The notes beneath the pieces are model-generated. The model searched no databases. It was not told where the DNA came from and saw only the letters and a list, made by a program, of their open reading frames with translations. A program made the position numbers and the translations under genes. This document shows positions 1 to 12,540 of a stretch of DNA of 64,000 nucleotides, one piece after another. Positions within the stretch are counted from its first letter, which is position 1, and the number at the start of each line of letters is the position of its first letter. The DNA comes from Botryllus schlosseri (lineage: Eukaryota): the NCBI GenBank assembly GCA_051294905.1, contig CM119384.1, forward strand, positions 11,284,001 through 11,348,000, written 5' to 3'.

Positions 1-1224
1 ACGCCGGTAACATTGTGTTCATTTACCAACCAACAAGAACAAAATAATGCATGTGGGTAGGTACCAGGCATCTAGTCTGAAAGCCAGTCATGTGCATGAT
101 TTTGTTTCAGCAACAAATTCAATTTCGCTGACAGAAAACATCCATTACCATAATTGAATCATGTACCAGGATTGATTTATAGTTCAAACGGGTCATGATC
201 TGTTTCAATTGGAGCATAGATAGTAGTACATCATCATCACCCCCAACAAGATTTCAAATTTTATTCATACATTATTCAAAAAAGAGCTGAGAAACAAGTT
301 TTGAAAACCTGCAGACGCTTTACTGCGAAGGAATCTATGAATATAAATAAATATCAATGAACATTCCATTCACATTCGCACAATTTTATCGATGCCTCCT
401 TATAAGTGAATCACATATTCCTAAAACAAACTGAACAGGTAAATACATCTGGTCACCGGCAATGTAGACAGATAATTTGAAACTAAGGTAATTTACTTTT
501 CATTAGCATGTCAATAAACGTATGTCAATATTATTAGCATGTAATTGCCTTGGACTGATCTTTATCAATATAACAACTGCCGCACTTATGAAATGACCAT
601 GAGCCAGCTCCTAATACATATCATTTTCATGGGAAGAGCAAAGGCATTGCTTCTTGTACGGAGACCAAATTTACGGAATTTAGATTCGAGCTGCTGAGCA
701 ACATTGGTGAATCCAGGTATACAATACAATACAATTCACTTTCACTTCCAGTTTCAGTCTCACTGTACACCAGTTACAGAAAGTAAAAATAGAATAGATT
801 TATTATCCACATTTAAAAGTTTGTACAAGAAGTATTCATCTGTCCGTACCGTTTTTACTTAGTTACGCAATCTTGTAACCTTCGAACATGAAGTCAGGGA
901 TTACCTGTGCTATTCAAAGTCCAAATGCCAGTACTAATAACTTCCTTCCAACACTTCATCGGCAGGTAAATTTCACATTAAAGTATGGTCGTACTTTCAT
1001 CGAATGGTCTTGATTGGTATGAGTCGAGATGATGATTGCCATCACTCTCAAGCACACGAGTGTCTATATATTTGATATCTTGAAGTTCATATCAGTGCAG
1101 CCTAGAGCGATCCAAGCCCTACCGAATTCAACTATTCATATTTATTATAGTTTATAGTACAATAAAAACTTGAGCAACAAAAATGGCTATTATGCAGTCA
1201 TGCTATTACATCCAATTCACTAAC

Positions 1225-4203
1225 CGCTTGTATTATTGTTGAACGAGAAATTATTGCCAGAACGCTGCACACAGACATCAATACCATCATCCGTACTGGA
1301 GGGCTTATACTGATATGGTCCCACAATAAAATTTGGCAGGGCAAGGATTATCGATCCGATTCCAAGAAGTAGCACCCCCACACTAATCCACCGAGGCTTG
1401 TGTCTCTGACCACCTGGAAAAAGATATATAAAATGCATCAATAATAAATCTGACAAACGAAACTACATGTTTTCATAAATTCACAAATTGCCAATATGCA
1501 ATCATCATAGAAATCGAGTTGTGGTCGAATTCATTAAATGTGTCAAAATAGGTATGGATAGAGTTATAAATCCAAAGTATTGTAAATGCAAACAATTCCA
1601 CTTTTGACAAAATGACACTTAAATCGTCATAACGACATCTTGTAATTTCTGTCGCCATATTTCACCTAATTAGCATGGTGTACATATGTGCAAAATATTA
1701 TGAAGTGTCATGAAATGAACACGGAGACATGAATGACAATTCTCATTTCAACAGGCGGAATGGTTTAATAAATAGGTTTATAACGGAAATGACTTCAGAA
1801 GCTCAACTCATGTGGAATGATTACGACAGGAATTCCTGCACTCACAACTCCACAAGGGAATAGAAACACCACGACTCAAATAGCCTATGTTCCTACTAGA
1901 CATGATAGCAAGATCAATACAAAATATAGAAATGATTGATATAAAATTGATGTGGCTAGTGCATTTTGTAGAGTATTTCACTATCAAATTTCAACTTATT
2001 TTGACATATGCACCTCAAACATGAACATGACTTACTGACTTTACCTACAAGTGCACAAAGTGTACACACTGTGCAATCTGCATTGTACAGAGCACAGTTA
2101 CCCGCATTTTATCACTAGCATACATGTTAGATGATAAATCATCTAATGCCTTTATTTAATATTGCTATAGCACCATGCCACACCCCACGAGCATACAAGG
2201 GCACATGATTTGAGGCCTATTTTCTAACTGATAACTATGAAGCGGGTCGAGTCAACGAGATCAACATCTTGATAAGATATTCGGTAGTTGCCCATGTCAG
2301 CACTACAATTGGAAATAGTTCGAGACATGCAATGTCCCAACAACATTCAGATTTGGAGATGAGATAATGCTTGGTCACAAATTCCCAGCTACCCCAAATG
2401 TAACAATATGTAAATGAAAGTATTTTTTAGAGATGAGCCACAGTGTCGCACTTCAAACATCCCAGAATTGGGAAGTGTTGTTTGTATTTTGTAGTAAGGT
2501 ATCTCTCTCACTTGAGAAAGTTTTTGTTGAACAGGTCACGTAGACAGATTACATAGACAAGTTCCATCTATAAATATCACAAATCACAAAAGAATGTTTT
2601 TTACGATAAGAATCCCCCTTTTCAAAATACATCCAATTTTCATCATTCAAGACATGGATGACTGCCTCAGAAAGAATTTCGTGATTTACTGTTATCTGGG
2701 ACAACATCCGGTAGAACTTGCACCACAAATATACCTGGAAATTTGTCAATCCTTAACATAAAACGTGGCAATAAGGTAGGCTATTCAGGAAACGATGAAG
2801 AAAAATTCAAGGTCTCTTATTTACATCATATTTCGTTTCAGAATACCATAGTTTGATGGTCAGTTTCTATATCAGTGGCTCCCAACTTTTTTAGACTCAT
2901 TGCCCCCTTATCAAGCTCGACACAAGTTTGCGCCCCCATATTTACGGATCCGAAAAAAGGACTAGAAACAGAAAATTTATTCACCTAATTCTGACCGTCG
3001 GTGAATTGACTAAATATGTAGGTGCCCGTAAAACCGGTTTCTGTGTCTACTTTCCTTTGAATTGACCCTTTTGAAGTCACTTTCGCATTGTATGCAGAAT
3101 AAGCCGTCTTCACATGCATTTTTTGGCCGTCTTGATTCAATATATCTCACTGAACGTTTTAACACTTTCGTACCCCCAATCGCACCATTTGGCATTTTTG
3201 CTCTTTTGTTTCTCAAAATCGCCAATTGGGAGTGGGGGTGATATCACCCACGTTGGGAACCACTGGTCTATATTTTTCACCAGTTACAGGACAACATGTT
3301 TCCTAGGAATACCGGTATTCAAATACAATTTTTTTTTGCTAAGATTGCGAATTCATCCAGACTTCGCCACATCATTTAAAATTTCAACACCTTTCTTTTC
3401 GTAGTCTTGTTGTGTTTTGAGATTACAAAATATTTTAATATAATGATATAATAATAGAAACAATGACATATGCATAACTGCACCAACTGGATTTCAAAAT
3501 GGAATGAAACAGTTGATTATGAGAGAAGAGAAATGACGGTCTAGCAGAGCTGACGATGTGCATTAGTAATTTATCGCGATACATAAACCAACTATTGGCC
3601 AATTCAGACACTCCAGCTGTAACACAAAAAGAAACTATCATGTATACTGCATACCTAATTTGTTTTAAAAGTTCGGAAAGAGAGTTCCACTTACCAATAT
3701 AGCTAATCGGCAGAAGGCAAAGACAGCCAGCAATATCGTAGCTACTGATTATCAGTCCCGATTCCGAACTCAGTAGCTGGAAACGCCTCTCAATGGACGT
3801 AACATTAACCTGAAAATATCACAAAGTCATTACTATAAACATACTGCAGGGATTTCAAGAGACTTACCTTGACCAGTCCATTGACCAGTATTCCTTGTAC
3901 AATATTAGAAATCGTGACAAATATTAAAAACGCCTTGGCATTGTTGAAGAGAGGCTGCAGAATTGATGGTGTGAAGCAACACCATCCATACCTATAGCAT
4001 TTCCGGATGGACGATTCCGATACCGAAGACAGCGTGGTTCTATCCAAAATCTGGACACGACATTCTTGAATAAGTGGCTGATTGCTAGTGGATGTTGGTA
4101 GCTTGCCTACAGCAGCTCCATTGTAATCACCGTCCTTGTCATTTTTTGTACTTTTCACCAAATCAACTGGCGAGTCAGATGCAGTTGGTCCAGAATGATC
4201 CAT
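1225..4203 (-). CDS. SLCO4: SLCO4-family organic anion transporting polypeptide (OATP), first three coding exons; gene continues beyond the left edge of the window
   Basis: Exons (minus): 4203-3868 (ATG...NGLVK, phase 0), 3809-3695 (VNVTSIERRFQLLSSESGLIISSYDIAGCLCLLPISYI, phase 1), 1413-1225 (GGQRHKPRWISVGVLLLGIGSIILALPNF...NNTS). All junctions are GT-AG and in phase; intron 1 is 58 bp. RYGW, QG..VNG, ERRF..S..SG.I.SSYDI and HKPRW are OATP hallmarks, closest to SLCO4A1/4C1 from memory. No further exon found in 1-1224. Confidence 0.93.
2873..3265. mobile_element. hAT-type MITE (~393 bp) in SLCO intron 2
   Basis: Ends CAGTGGCTCCCAAC...GTTGGGAACCACTG; 8-bp TSD TTCTATAT/GTCTATAT (7/8). Related ends at 37647-37973 and ~15990-16089. 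Confidence 0.8.
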
Positions 4204-6390
4204 ATATCTCTCAGGTTAGGTGAATACCATAGTTGAGGGCATATTTACAAAGTATGCGAGACCTTATAACAATACAATAACATACAATTCTGAGAGCATA
4301 AAAAGATAGAACATGGATGATTGAAACTTCACCCAGGCTTCACCACCCATGTAATTTTAGCAGTGCTCTCTAGATAGAAAGATCAATAATTTAATTACAG
4401 TGACATTGGAGTTCTATAAATCATGAAAACGTGAGCGATTCAAACATAACACGGCATTTGATAGCGAGACAGTGATAAGTGGACTGTGTTCAACAATAAA
4501 TGGTACATCACCGTAAGATTTGCAGAGCATTTTAGAAGATATTGTTAGTGCAAACAAGGTAATAAGTAATGGTACAGGCTGAAATACAATATCTGGATGA
4601 GTGATACTCGACAGGTGTTCTGAAAACAATACTTCTTTGTTCATTTTGCAAGATATTATCAAGAAGTACTTGCTAACACATCACTCTTTATTATTAATTT
4701 TCAGAGGCTCTATTTGCGTGCCCAATAGAGTATTAAATGAATTATATTATTCTTGTAGAGCAACAAAAGAGAATTTATGGTGACGTAATAAAAGAAACAA
4801 CATAGTGGTGATATATCAAATTCAGTTTTTCTTTACCGGTATGCAATATCTGGTCCTGTTAAGATAAGCATAAAGTTGATATTTGGGTTCGAGGAGCGTG
4901 GATTTCAATATTCTATTACGAAAGGTTGTCCGAAACACATTGCAATCTCTATTTTCGTATAAAATTACGAATCAAGTTGTTACAGATTGAAATTCAAAGT
5001 TTACATCCAGTATTACAATGTCATTAAAGATCAATTTTGGATCAGGATTTACAGTGAATTCTAAAATTATAGTAAGAATTGAAATAAAACTGCGGGCTCT
5101 GATTGGTAAGCAAATATTCGGAGATTATTATTGGGAGATGAAATTGCGGTTACAAACAAAAGTTCAGGATTTGGACATAGATTTGTAGAGATAAGAAACA
5201 AATTGAAGTTTACATATAGGCCATGATTCGTGTTTGGTGGTCACAAAACTTCTATTGTGCACTCAGTGTGGTTCTTTTCTATTTGTTAATCCCACCACAC
5301 CTCACAATACTTTCACTAGCAGTTACGCGAGTGTCAACTCAAAATGGAAAGCTAAATCGATCATTGATTGGATTGAATTCAATTGGTCTATTAATTTATG
5401 AGTATTTAAAGCAAGTTTTACCATTGCTCATAACCTGATCCTATTGCATATAAATTAATAGTACTAATCAACAGGAGTTTCAAGACTATTTTCATTCATA
5501 ATCGTCCCTTAATCAACAAGTAGCCTACAATTATCATATACTGGTACAAAAGAAGCGCCCAATTATATCCGCATATACTGGACAGGACACTATACATGCT
5601 GACCTTGGATTTACTTTCAAGTGATTTAATTACGAAGCTTCCGTCATGCAGAGCTTCCGACAAGCTTCTATCATGCAGGTCCTCAGAACCCGCTCGAAAC
5701 CGTCGATCGCAGCGCATCGAAAGCGCGTACCGGTGCGGTGAACATTGCATCGAAACAATTTCTCTACTTCATAGTGAACACGACACACGACCACCCGGAC
5801 AACGACGAGCACTCCATAACTTTCCACAAGGCTTCACTAATACTATATGTGATGACCCTTCCAACTTTTCTGATATGGCTATCGACTAACTAAATATGAA
5901 TATTCGCGTGAACCGGAACATAGTTGTGTGCGACATTGCTATGATCCTGTTTACCGGTTCTACTTTGGCAGCACCCCGTACCATTCACGACGCTTCCATC
6001 AACGATAAAATCGCGCATTTAATACTCCGGATGCTACAGATTCCCATGCTTCATTGCATCGCGACGAAAATAAAGGGGGGGCAGTTGTTTCGGGACAGTG
6101 GAAAATGTATTCACTAGTGGGCGTTATCAGAGACATTTCATTGTAACTTCAACGAATAGTAAAGTTACCACATTATTGGTATTTCGTCTATCGGTCCTGA
6201 TACTTGAAGAATGGGGCCAGAAACTGTTAAGCTGAGGGAAATTACCATAGTATGAATGCGAGCTTTTCTATATCACTGGAGCAGAGTTGAAAAAGTGGGT
6301 TGAACCGGATTGAACTGAAAATCAATGATATATATATCATTTATATCATTGTGAAAACTGAACAGTGAACCACTTAATCTAAGAGTGAAC

Positions 6391-8266
6391 CAGGGTTGTA
6401 ACCAAGTCACAAAGCTTCGAGTCACAAGTCATTCTCACTTTTACGGTTTTGACTCGAGTCAAATCGAGTCATTTTCAATTCACCACCGAGTCAACTCCGA
6501 GTCATGGTATTATGACTCGAGTCCAAGTCCAAGTCATTGTGTTGACTGCTCAGTTTCCAGTTAAAGTCGTGTTAAAGCCACTCTTATAACTCTGTTTGGT
6601 GATATCGAATGGTTCGCATTTATAATATACTAATTTTTCTCACGTTTACCAGTTTCTGGTCGCATTTTCAAGTACCAGTACCAACAGACGTAATCCCAAT
6701 AAAGTGGTTACTTTACTGTTCTTCGAAATTACAATGAAATGTCGGTCTTGGCAAGAGGTGGTCAGTAACGAAGTACTTCTACTTTTTTCAAAAAAGTAGA
6801 AGTAGGCTACTCAAGTAGTTTTCCTCTACTTCTGGTACTTACTCAAGTAGATCTGATTTTCGCTACTTCTACTTATACTTCGTAATATTTTGTGATCTAC
6901 TTACTTACTTTTCGCTATTTTCAGTTTGTCAAGTAGAAGTAGTTCAATCTTCCAATCAGGAAGATAGCCTGAGGAATTTCGGGGCTGTTTTCATGGAGTA
7001 TCAACATTTAATTTTCATAAAAGTTTAGTTAAGCCCAGAATTTTCGTCGCGCTTCGCGCGCAGTGCTGCATTCGGAGTCACCAGTATGATTTTACGAAAG
7101 TAACGGTGAATATAATTTAGGTAGAGGGTTGGTGTGGTTCCGTTCACACCACATTGTCGCCCTTCGTCCATATCAAATAATTCAACACAGTAGGCTATAT
7201 AACGTTTGAAACTGATGTTTCGTAATCTAGCATTTACTTGCCATATTGTAATCTAGCATGACCATGGCGTGTCCAAATCTGGATAAGTGGACTCTGACTT
7301 TTTTCAGTTTTAGAGCTGTTTTAGCATACCATCTTTGAAACTTTCTGGGCTAAAAACATGAAATTCATGGTCTGCTTTTAAAAGTAGTATTTATATTTCA
7401 CTTTCGATTCCCAGTATCATATACTTTGAGTTATAATTATTATCAGTTCTTTTGTCTGGATAACATACATGTTGAAGTATATAAAAGCAAGTGTAGTAAT
7501 GCCTTTAATTTCTGGAAATAAAGCTACACAATATGGCATTTACGGTCCACCATATTTTTTATTAACGTTTACTAATCGCGCAAAGTGTTTACACCGTATC
7601 CTATACAACTTCTCCGTATTACTCTTCGACTAAACTACGAGCCTTATAATATGGGGAATGGCTCCGTACCATGCTATTTTCTAAAACGTGCTGTTCGAGA
7701 GAACAGAGGATTAGCATCGCATCTCCATATCAATACTATTATTTTCATCCCATGATGTGGACGAATACTCATGCTAGCGAAAATTGGATACCTGCTGGTA
7801 TGCATCAATATGAATCAAGCTCGTCACCTATCGCATAGCTCAATTTGCACCTTTTTACAGTCCATGTGAACGAATTAGGATCGTTTTCATAACTACTTAC
7901 TTACTTGAGTACTTTTAAAGTCAGTCAATTCTACTTCTACTTCAAGTAGTTTTAGGTTGCTTATGGAAGAAGTACTTCTACTCGTACTTGAGTAGATTTT
8001 TTCGTCGCTACTTCTACTTCTACTTGAGTAGATTTCTTGACTACTTTGACCACCTCTGCTAGGCCGGCTGAATCTCGGGTCATATGACTTGGTTCGAGCC
8101 ATGCGCAATGACTCGAGTCCAAGTCGAGTCAATATACAAATTGGCTCGAGTCGAGTCGAGTCATTTCCCTATTTTGAGAAAATGACTCAAGTCAAGTCCA
8201 GTCATCAAAAAATCGCGACTCAAGTCTGACTCGAGTCGAGTCATGACTCGAGTCAATACAACCCTG
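6391..8266. mobile_element. Non-autonomous hAT-like element with GACTCGAGTC subterminal repeats
   Basis: TIR CAGGGTTGTA...TACAACCCTG; exact 8-bp TSD GAGTGAAC (6383-6390 and 8267-8274); reiterated GACTCGAGTC/GAGTC motifs near both ends; contains nested element 6753-8058. Confidence 0.88.
6753..8058. mobile_element. Non-autonomous hAT-like element with AAGTAG/CTACTT subterminal repeats, copy 1 (nested)
   Basis: Ends (A)AGAGGTGGTCA...TGACCACCTCTG; similar along its length to 47435-48692 in the opposite orientation; TSD not clean at this copy. Confidence 0.85.
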
Positions 8267-8274
8267 GAGTGAAC

Positions 8275-8430
8275 ATAACAACTTGGACTCGGACTCGACC
8301 CACTACTAGCTCACTTGGACTCGGACTTGACTCGGTGGTGAATTCAAAATGACTCGACTTGATTCGACTCAAAACTATAAAAGTGAGATTGACTTGTGAC
8401 TCGGAACCTTGTGATTTGGTTACAACCCTG
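8275..8430 (-). mobile_element. Solo end of a second GACTCGAGTC-family element
   Basis: Reverse complement of the 6391 left end, finishing TTGGTTACAACCCTG at 8430; partner end not found. Confidence 0.7.
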
Positions 8431-9496
8431 GTAGGAGCCCAGATAAACTATACATACTATATAGTAGCCTACATATATATAATAGTTAATATATGTTCTT
8501 TAGCCAGAATGCTTCAAAGTTTGTCCACCAAAACGGTAACGGTCAGAAGTGGTGAAAAATCAGTGAACCACTTACTTTTCCAGATTCGAACACGCCACGT
8601 GCTGCCTAGATATTGCGTTAGCTTCTCATTTTATGTTCTCTTCTATTACTTTTCATTAAGTGCACATTTCCATATTCCAGCACACCAGCTGGATATGATT
8701 GAAAGAATATTCCAAATCGTTTCAACGCCTTCCTATCTGTTCATTTATAGCAATCTTATGGCGTTTTGAATCGATAAAAATATTATTAAAACCAATGATA
8801 TATATATCATTGATAAAACGAACCAAAACCATGTTATTCTTTCTCATGTTTTGCGATTTGCGAAGGAAGCTCATTAGTGTGATGAAACTGTTATTATTAT
8901 TATTGGTGAAAATGCCACCGGAAATTTCGGCTAGGGGGTCAAAGGGCTGAATATAAATACGCATGATGTAGACTACAGAATTTAACCTAGATGTAGGCTA
9001 CTCGTGTGTGCTGCCTGTGGTTGCGGAATTATTACTTATTAGGCACCAGCTTTTCGGTGCGACAAAGACGCGTCCTCAAGGGAGATCAAGTTTTGGCCAA
9101 CACGAAGTGCAATCCCAGAATGATATCCGGCGATAGAACCTTGACCGAAGATTGCGCCAGATGGCACTGTCCTTGGCTTGCAAACTATGTCCCGCGTGGA
9201 ACAAATGTAACGACATTTTTGAATCCTCCTTATTGAGTATATATAGGCCTACCACAATGTTCGCTGATGATACTCACCTCCTCTATTTCTCATCATATAC
9301 GGCTATATCAGGTGCCGTGACCACGCAGTGACCAAATGCACGAAGTGCATGAGTGGGCGGCCCACAGAATAATCTTTGCGTCAACGCCGCGAAATCCTAG
9401 TCATAAACTCCGAAAAAAATTAACCGTTAACATCGCTGGTCAACCTATTTCCAACTCGGAAAATGCGAAATACCTTGGGGTTTTACTAGACTCTAG

Positions 9497-9775
9497 AAAT
9501 TAGTAATAATTGCCAAGTTTATGTATCAGTTCCACTGCGGCCACTGCTCCGATAACTTAAATAACTTCTTTACCTCGGTAACAAAAGTGCATAAGTGCGA
9601 CACACGCGCGTCCACGTCGTCCAACTACCATATGGCGGACAAAAAAGATCACCGCTCTATCAAATATGGCAGACCTGATTTGTGGAACTGTATCTCGCCG
9701 GCTATCCGACAGTCATCGAGCATGTCCTGTCCACATTCAAGTCGAAATACAAACAATTTTTGCTGAATAAATATT
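9497..9775 (+). mobile_element. 5'-truncated CR1/L2-type LINE, C-terminus of ORF2; its 3'UTR resumes at 10740
   Basis: Translates to AKFMYQF...NFF..VTKVHKCDTR...SIKYGRPDLWN..SPAIRQSSS then (frameshift) TFKSKYKQFLLNKY, the typical post-RT tail of CR1/L2-group LINEs. The same terminus occurs at 55662-55718. Confidence 0.72.
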
Positions 9776-10739
9776 GGGGGAGATGTGGTACCGATGGATC
9801 AAAAATTGCAAAATGATCTCTGGCCCTCAAATCTTCAGCCGAGAATAGCAGATCTTTTGCTGTCTCAACACTTCGATACAAGCTCTACCTATCGCGGACA
9901 TTTACATGAATATCCGCCTTTTCAAAAAATATTTATAAACGCTTAAAATGTGTTGCTCGAACGTGCCATCGGTCCCCACCCGGTGGGTCCAAAGGCACAC
10001 GACCATGGGACCTATGAGACATACGCTCAAAAACTCAAATTTGTTAGCTTGTTTTGTTGTGTCATATAAGCTAAGCCACAGCAAGCCAATGAAGAATGTT
10101 TCGTCGCGACCTTCAAGAATAAAATAGATTATATCAACTCAAATGTTGACATAAAATCATGTTTTGATTTACGCCTAAACTTACAAAATTAATGCCACAT
10201 ACCTATTATCCCCAGTTCGACATTGTGACTTTCAAATACCTCGTAATAGCGATAAAACACCACAGGTAACTATGATATACAGCCTATATATATGTAGGCG
10301 AGTTTATGTTGTTAAGTGATTAGTTGGTCCATCTATTTTGCTTGATTTGGCTATGGTACCGTAGGTCCCCCACCCCATAAATATTGTAATTGACTTGAAA
10401 ATAGTCCCCTCGAGGATGGTATTGATTCGAAAAATATGTGCCATTATATATCCTGATACAAGCCCTATACTTCACATCAAAAATTATGACGGGTTTGTTA
10501 GTCTGAAAGGTGATATAGAAAAATGCAAATGTCGATCCAAATTTACTTTACACCCCCTAAAACGTAAATCACTCGTCACAGACCCCATAACTCACGCAGG
10601 TCGATTTTTTTTGCATGTGAGGAAAGATTCTGTCAGCATGTAATTGTAGACAAATTCACGGAGTGTAATCATGGAATTATCATGGAGAATTTTTCAAGTA
10701 TTTTCGGTCCCAGTGATCCATCGGTACCACATCTCCCCC
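9776..10739. mobile_element. Non-autonomous TIR element (~960 bp), copy 1
   Basis: ~25-bp TIR GGGGAGATGTGGTACCGATGGATCA at both ends; a second copy in opposite orientation at 45342-46302; probable TA target; superfamily unresolved. Confidence 0.85.
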
Positions 10740-11244
10740 TAATCCTATAGTATACCGGACCACGACCTGACATATGGATTTCGCCAGCGATCTATAGGCT
10801 ATACAGCGATCTTTTGAGTGTCACAATAACTTTCTCCGGAAGTCACGAAATAACAGCATACTTCCGCGAAGTAATTATAATGACAAATGGCTCGACCGAC
10901 GCTTACCCTCGAGAAACTCATGAATAATCTTACCGTGTGGAATGAACTTATAGCCCCAACATGTATAATTGCGTGCCCTCTAAATCTTTGAAGACGCCGC
11001 TTCTATCAAATCTGCTAATGATAACAAATATACAATATGCAAGTAACACTATTATTGACCAATTTCAGTCATTAAATTTTATAACCACAAAACATTATAA
11101 TACAGTTACCACATACACAATTATGTATGTGGGTATAATATTTCTATAAATATCCACCCAGCCAGAAGTTGTGATAATTACCCAATAAGGGCCCAATACC
11201 ATCGACCACGGACCACAACCACGGCCTGGACCACGATCACGACA

Positions 11245-11494
11245 GGACCACGACCTGACATATCGATCTCGCCTTCCGACACATAACACCTTTTTTGTCA
11301 CTTGTCCTTTAATATTATCTTCTTTTACTTTTCATTCAGTATGCATGCCTCCTTTTTTACATCGCCTAGGTCAGGTGGGTGTCTGATTTCGAAGACTACT
11401 CCAAGTCGTTTCGACACCTTCCTATCTTTTGTTGTATCGCAGTCTTATGGTGTATTGAAATGATGAAAATTGTAGCAATAATTTGAATTGAATT
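11245..11494 (+). mobile_element. LINE 3'UTR fragment (dispersed repeat family)
   Basis: GGACCACGACCTGACATATCGATCTCGCCTTCC...GGTGGGTGTCTGATT...short TGAAT tail; matches 55730-55996, 38620-38828, 50040-50140 and 59192-59375 (reverse). Confidence 0.7.
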
Positions 11495-12540
11495 ATTTTT
11501 TTACCATATGATTCCATGTCCATATAAAAGGAGGTTCTTTTACATCATCAAATTTTGCCACCACTCTATTATTTTTTTAGCTACACCGTTCAACCCACTA
11601 CCTAAATTATATTGAACGCTACTGTCGTAGAGATCTAGAGGTCATAGTTATGTGCGGAGCACGATGATAATAATCGTCGTTTAGTTATACTTTTATCATG
11701 AAATTTTTCATAATGCGGAAGTACGATAAAAGACTTTTCGAACAAAATTGGACCGCGATCTCGATGGCAGGTGGAAGCAATGAGAGCTTTTCCAACCCCA
11801 AGCTAGTTTTAAAAATGAACGGGGACACATCACCGGTTTCAAACGAAGGCCTCATGAACTTCGTATTAGCTACACCGCTAACTAGCCTCGATTGCTATCT
11901 GGCTCAACTAAGCCACCGTTCATGATTGAACAGTAAAATAATTATAACTACTGGCACTATAGAGATTGTAGGGTACTTGTGGTTGACAGCAAAATTTGAG
12001 CAATTTTTTTATAATAAATTAAAAAAATTCAATTGGCTCTGCGTCGGCTTCTACTAATTAGAATTTAACAAAATTTGGTGAGCAGCGTTTGTTTAGGCGG
12101 CCTAACAATTTGATCAGCGAATCACCGGAATACGGACAACAAGTTATTTTTGAACAACCCTACATCAGAGTTTATGCTGACATCGCCGACATTACGGACA
12201 TCACCAATTTACATTCACCCATTTTTAGCTTGGAACTTTGCGAACCCGAACATAATAAATCAAAGAGTTGGGTCGACGGAGCGGAATGCGTATGAAACCA
12301 CTGTGATGCTAATAGCACATCAGCAGAAATATGATGACCGCGTGAATCATTGTGAATGTACATGGATAACATGATTTTTTTCGGTCTATACAATTTCGGA
12401 ATAACTGGAATATGTGTTGCCAGATTTCAAAATTCTCAGAAAAACCGGTTGCCAGCTCATAATATTTAGAGCTGATCAACAAAAAGGATCCTGTTCCGGC
12501 AAATAGACATCCAAATGCCTACATTCTAACGATAAAACCG

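Noticed and set aside
5496-6117. GC/CpG-richer patch with overlapping short ORFs upstream of SLCO4
   Set aside because: No recognisable domain, TIR, TSD or second copy; it could be promoter-proximal or an old repeat, but the sequence alone does not discriminate.
7893-8132. Ser/Thr-rich ORFs 7893-8132 and 47382-47600
   Set aside because: Translation artefacts of AAGTAG subterminal repeats in two copies of one non-autonomous element.
8794-8813. 20-bp palindrome CAATGATATATATATCATTG (partial copy near 6323)
   Set aside because: Mostly an (AT)n core that is self-complementary by nature; no further structure could be assigned.
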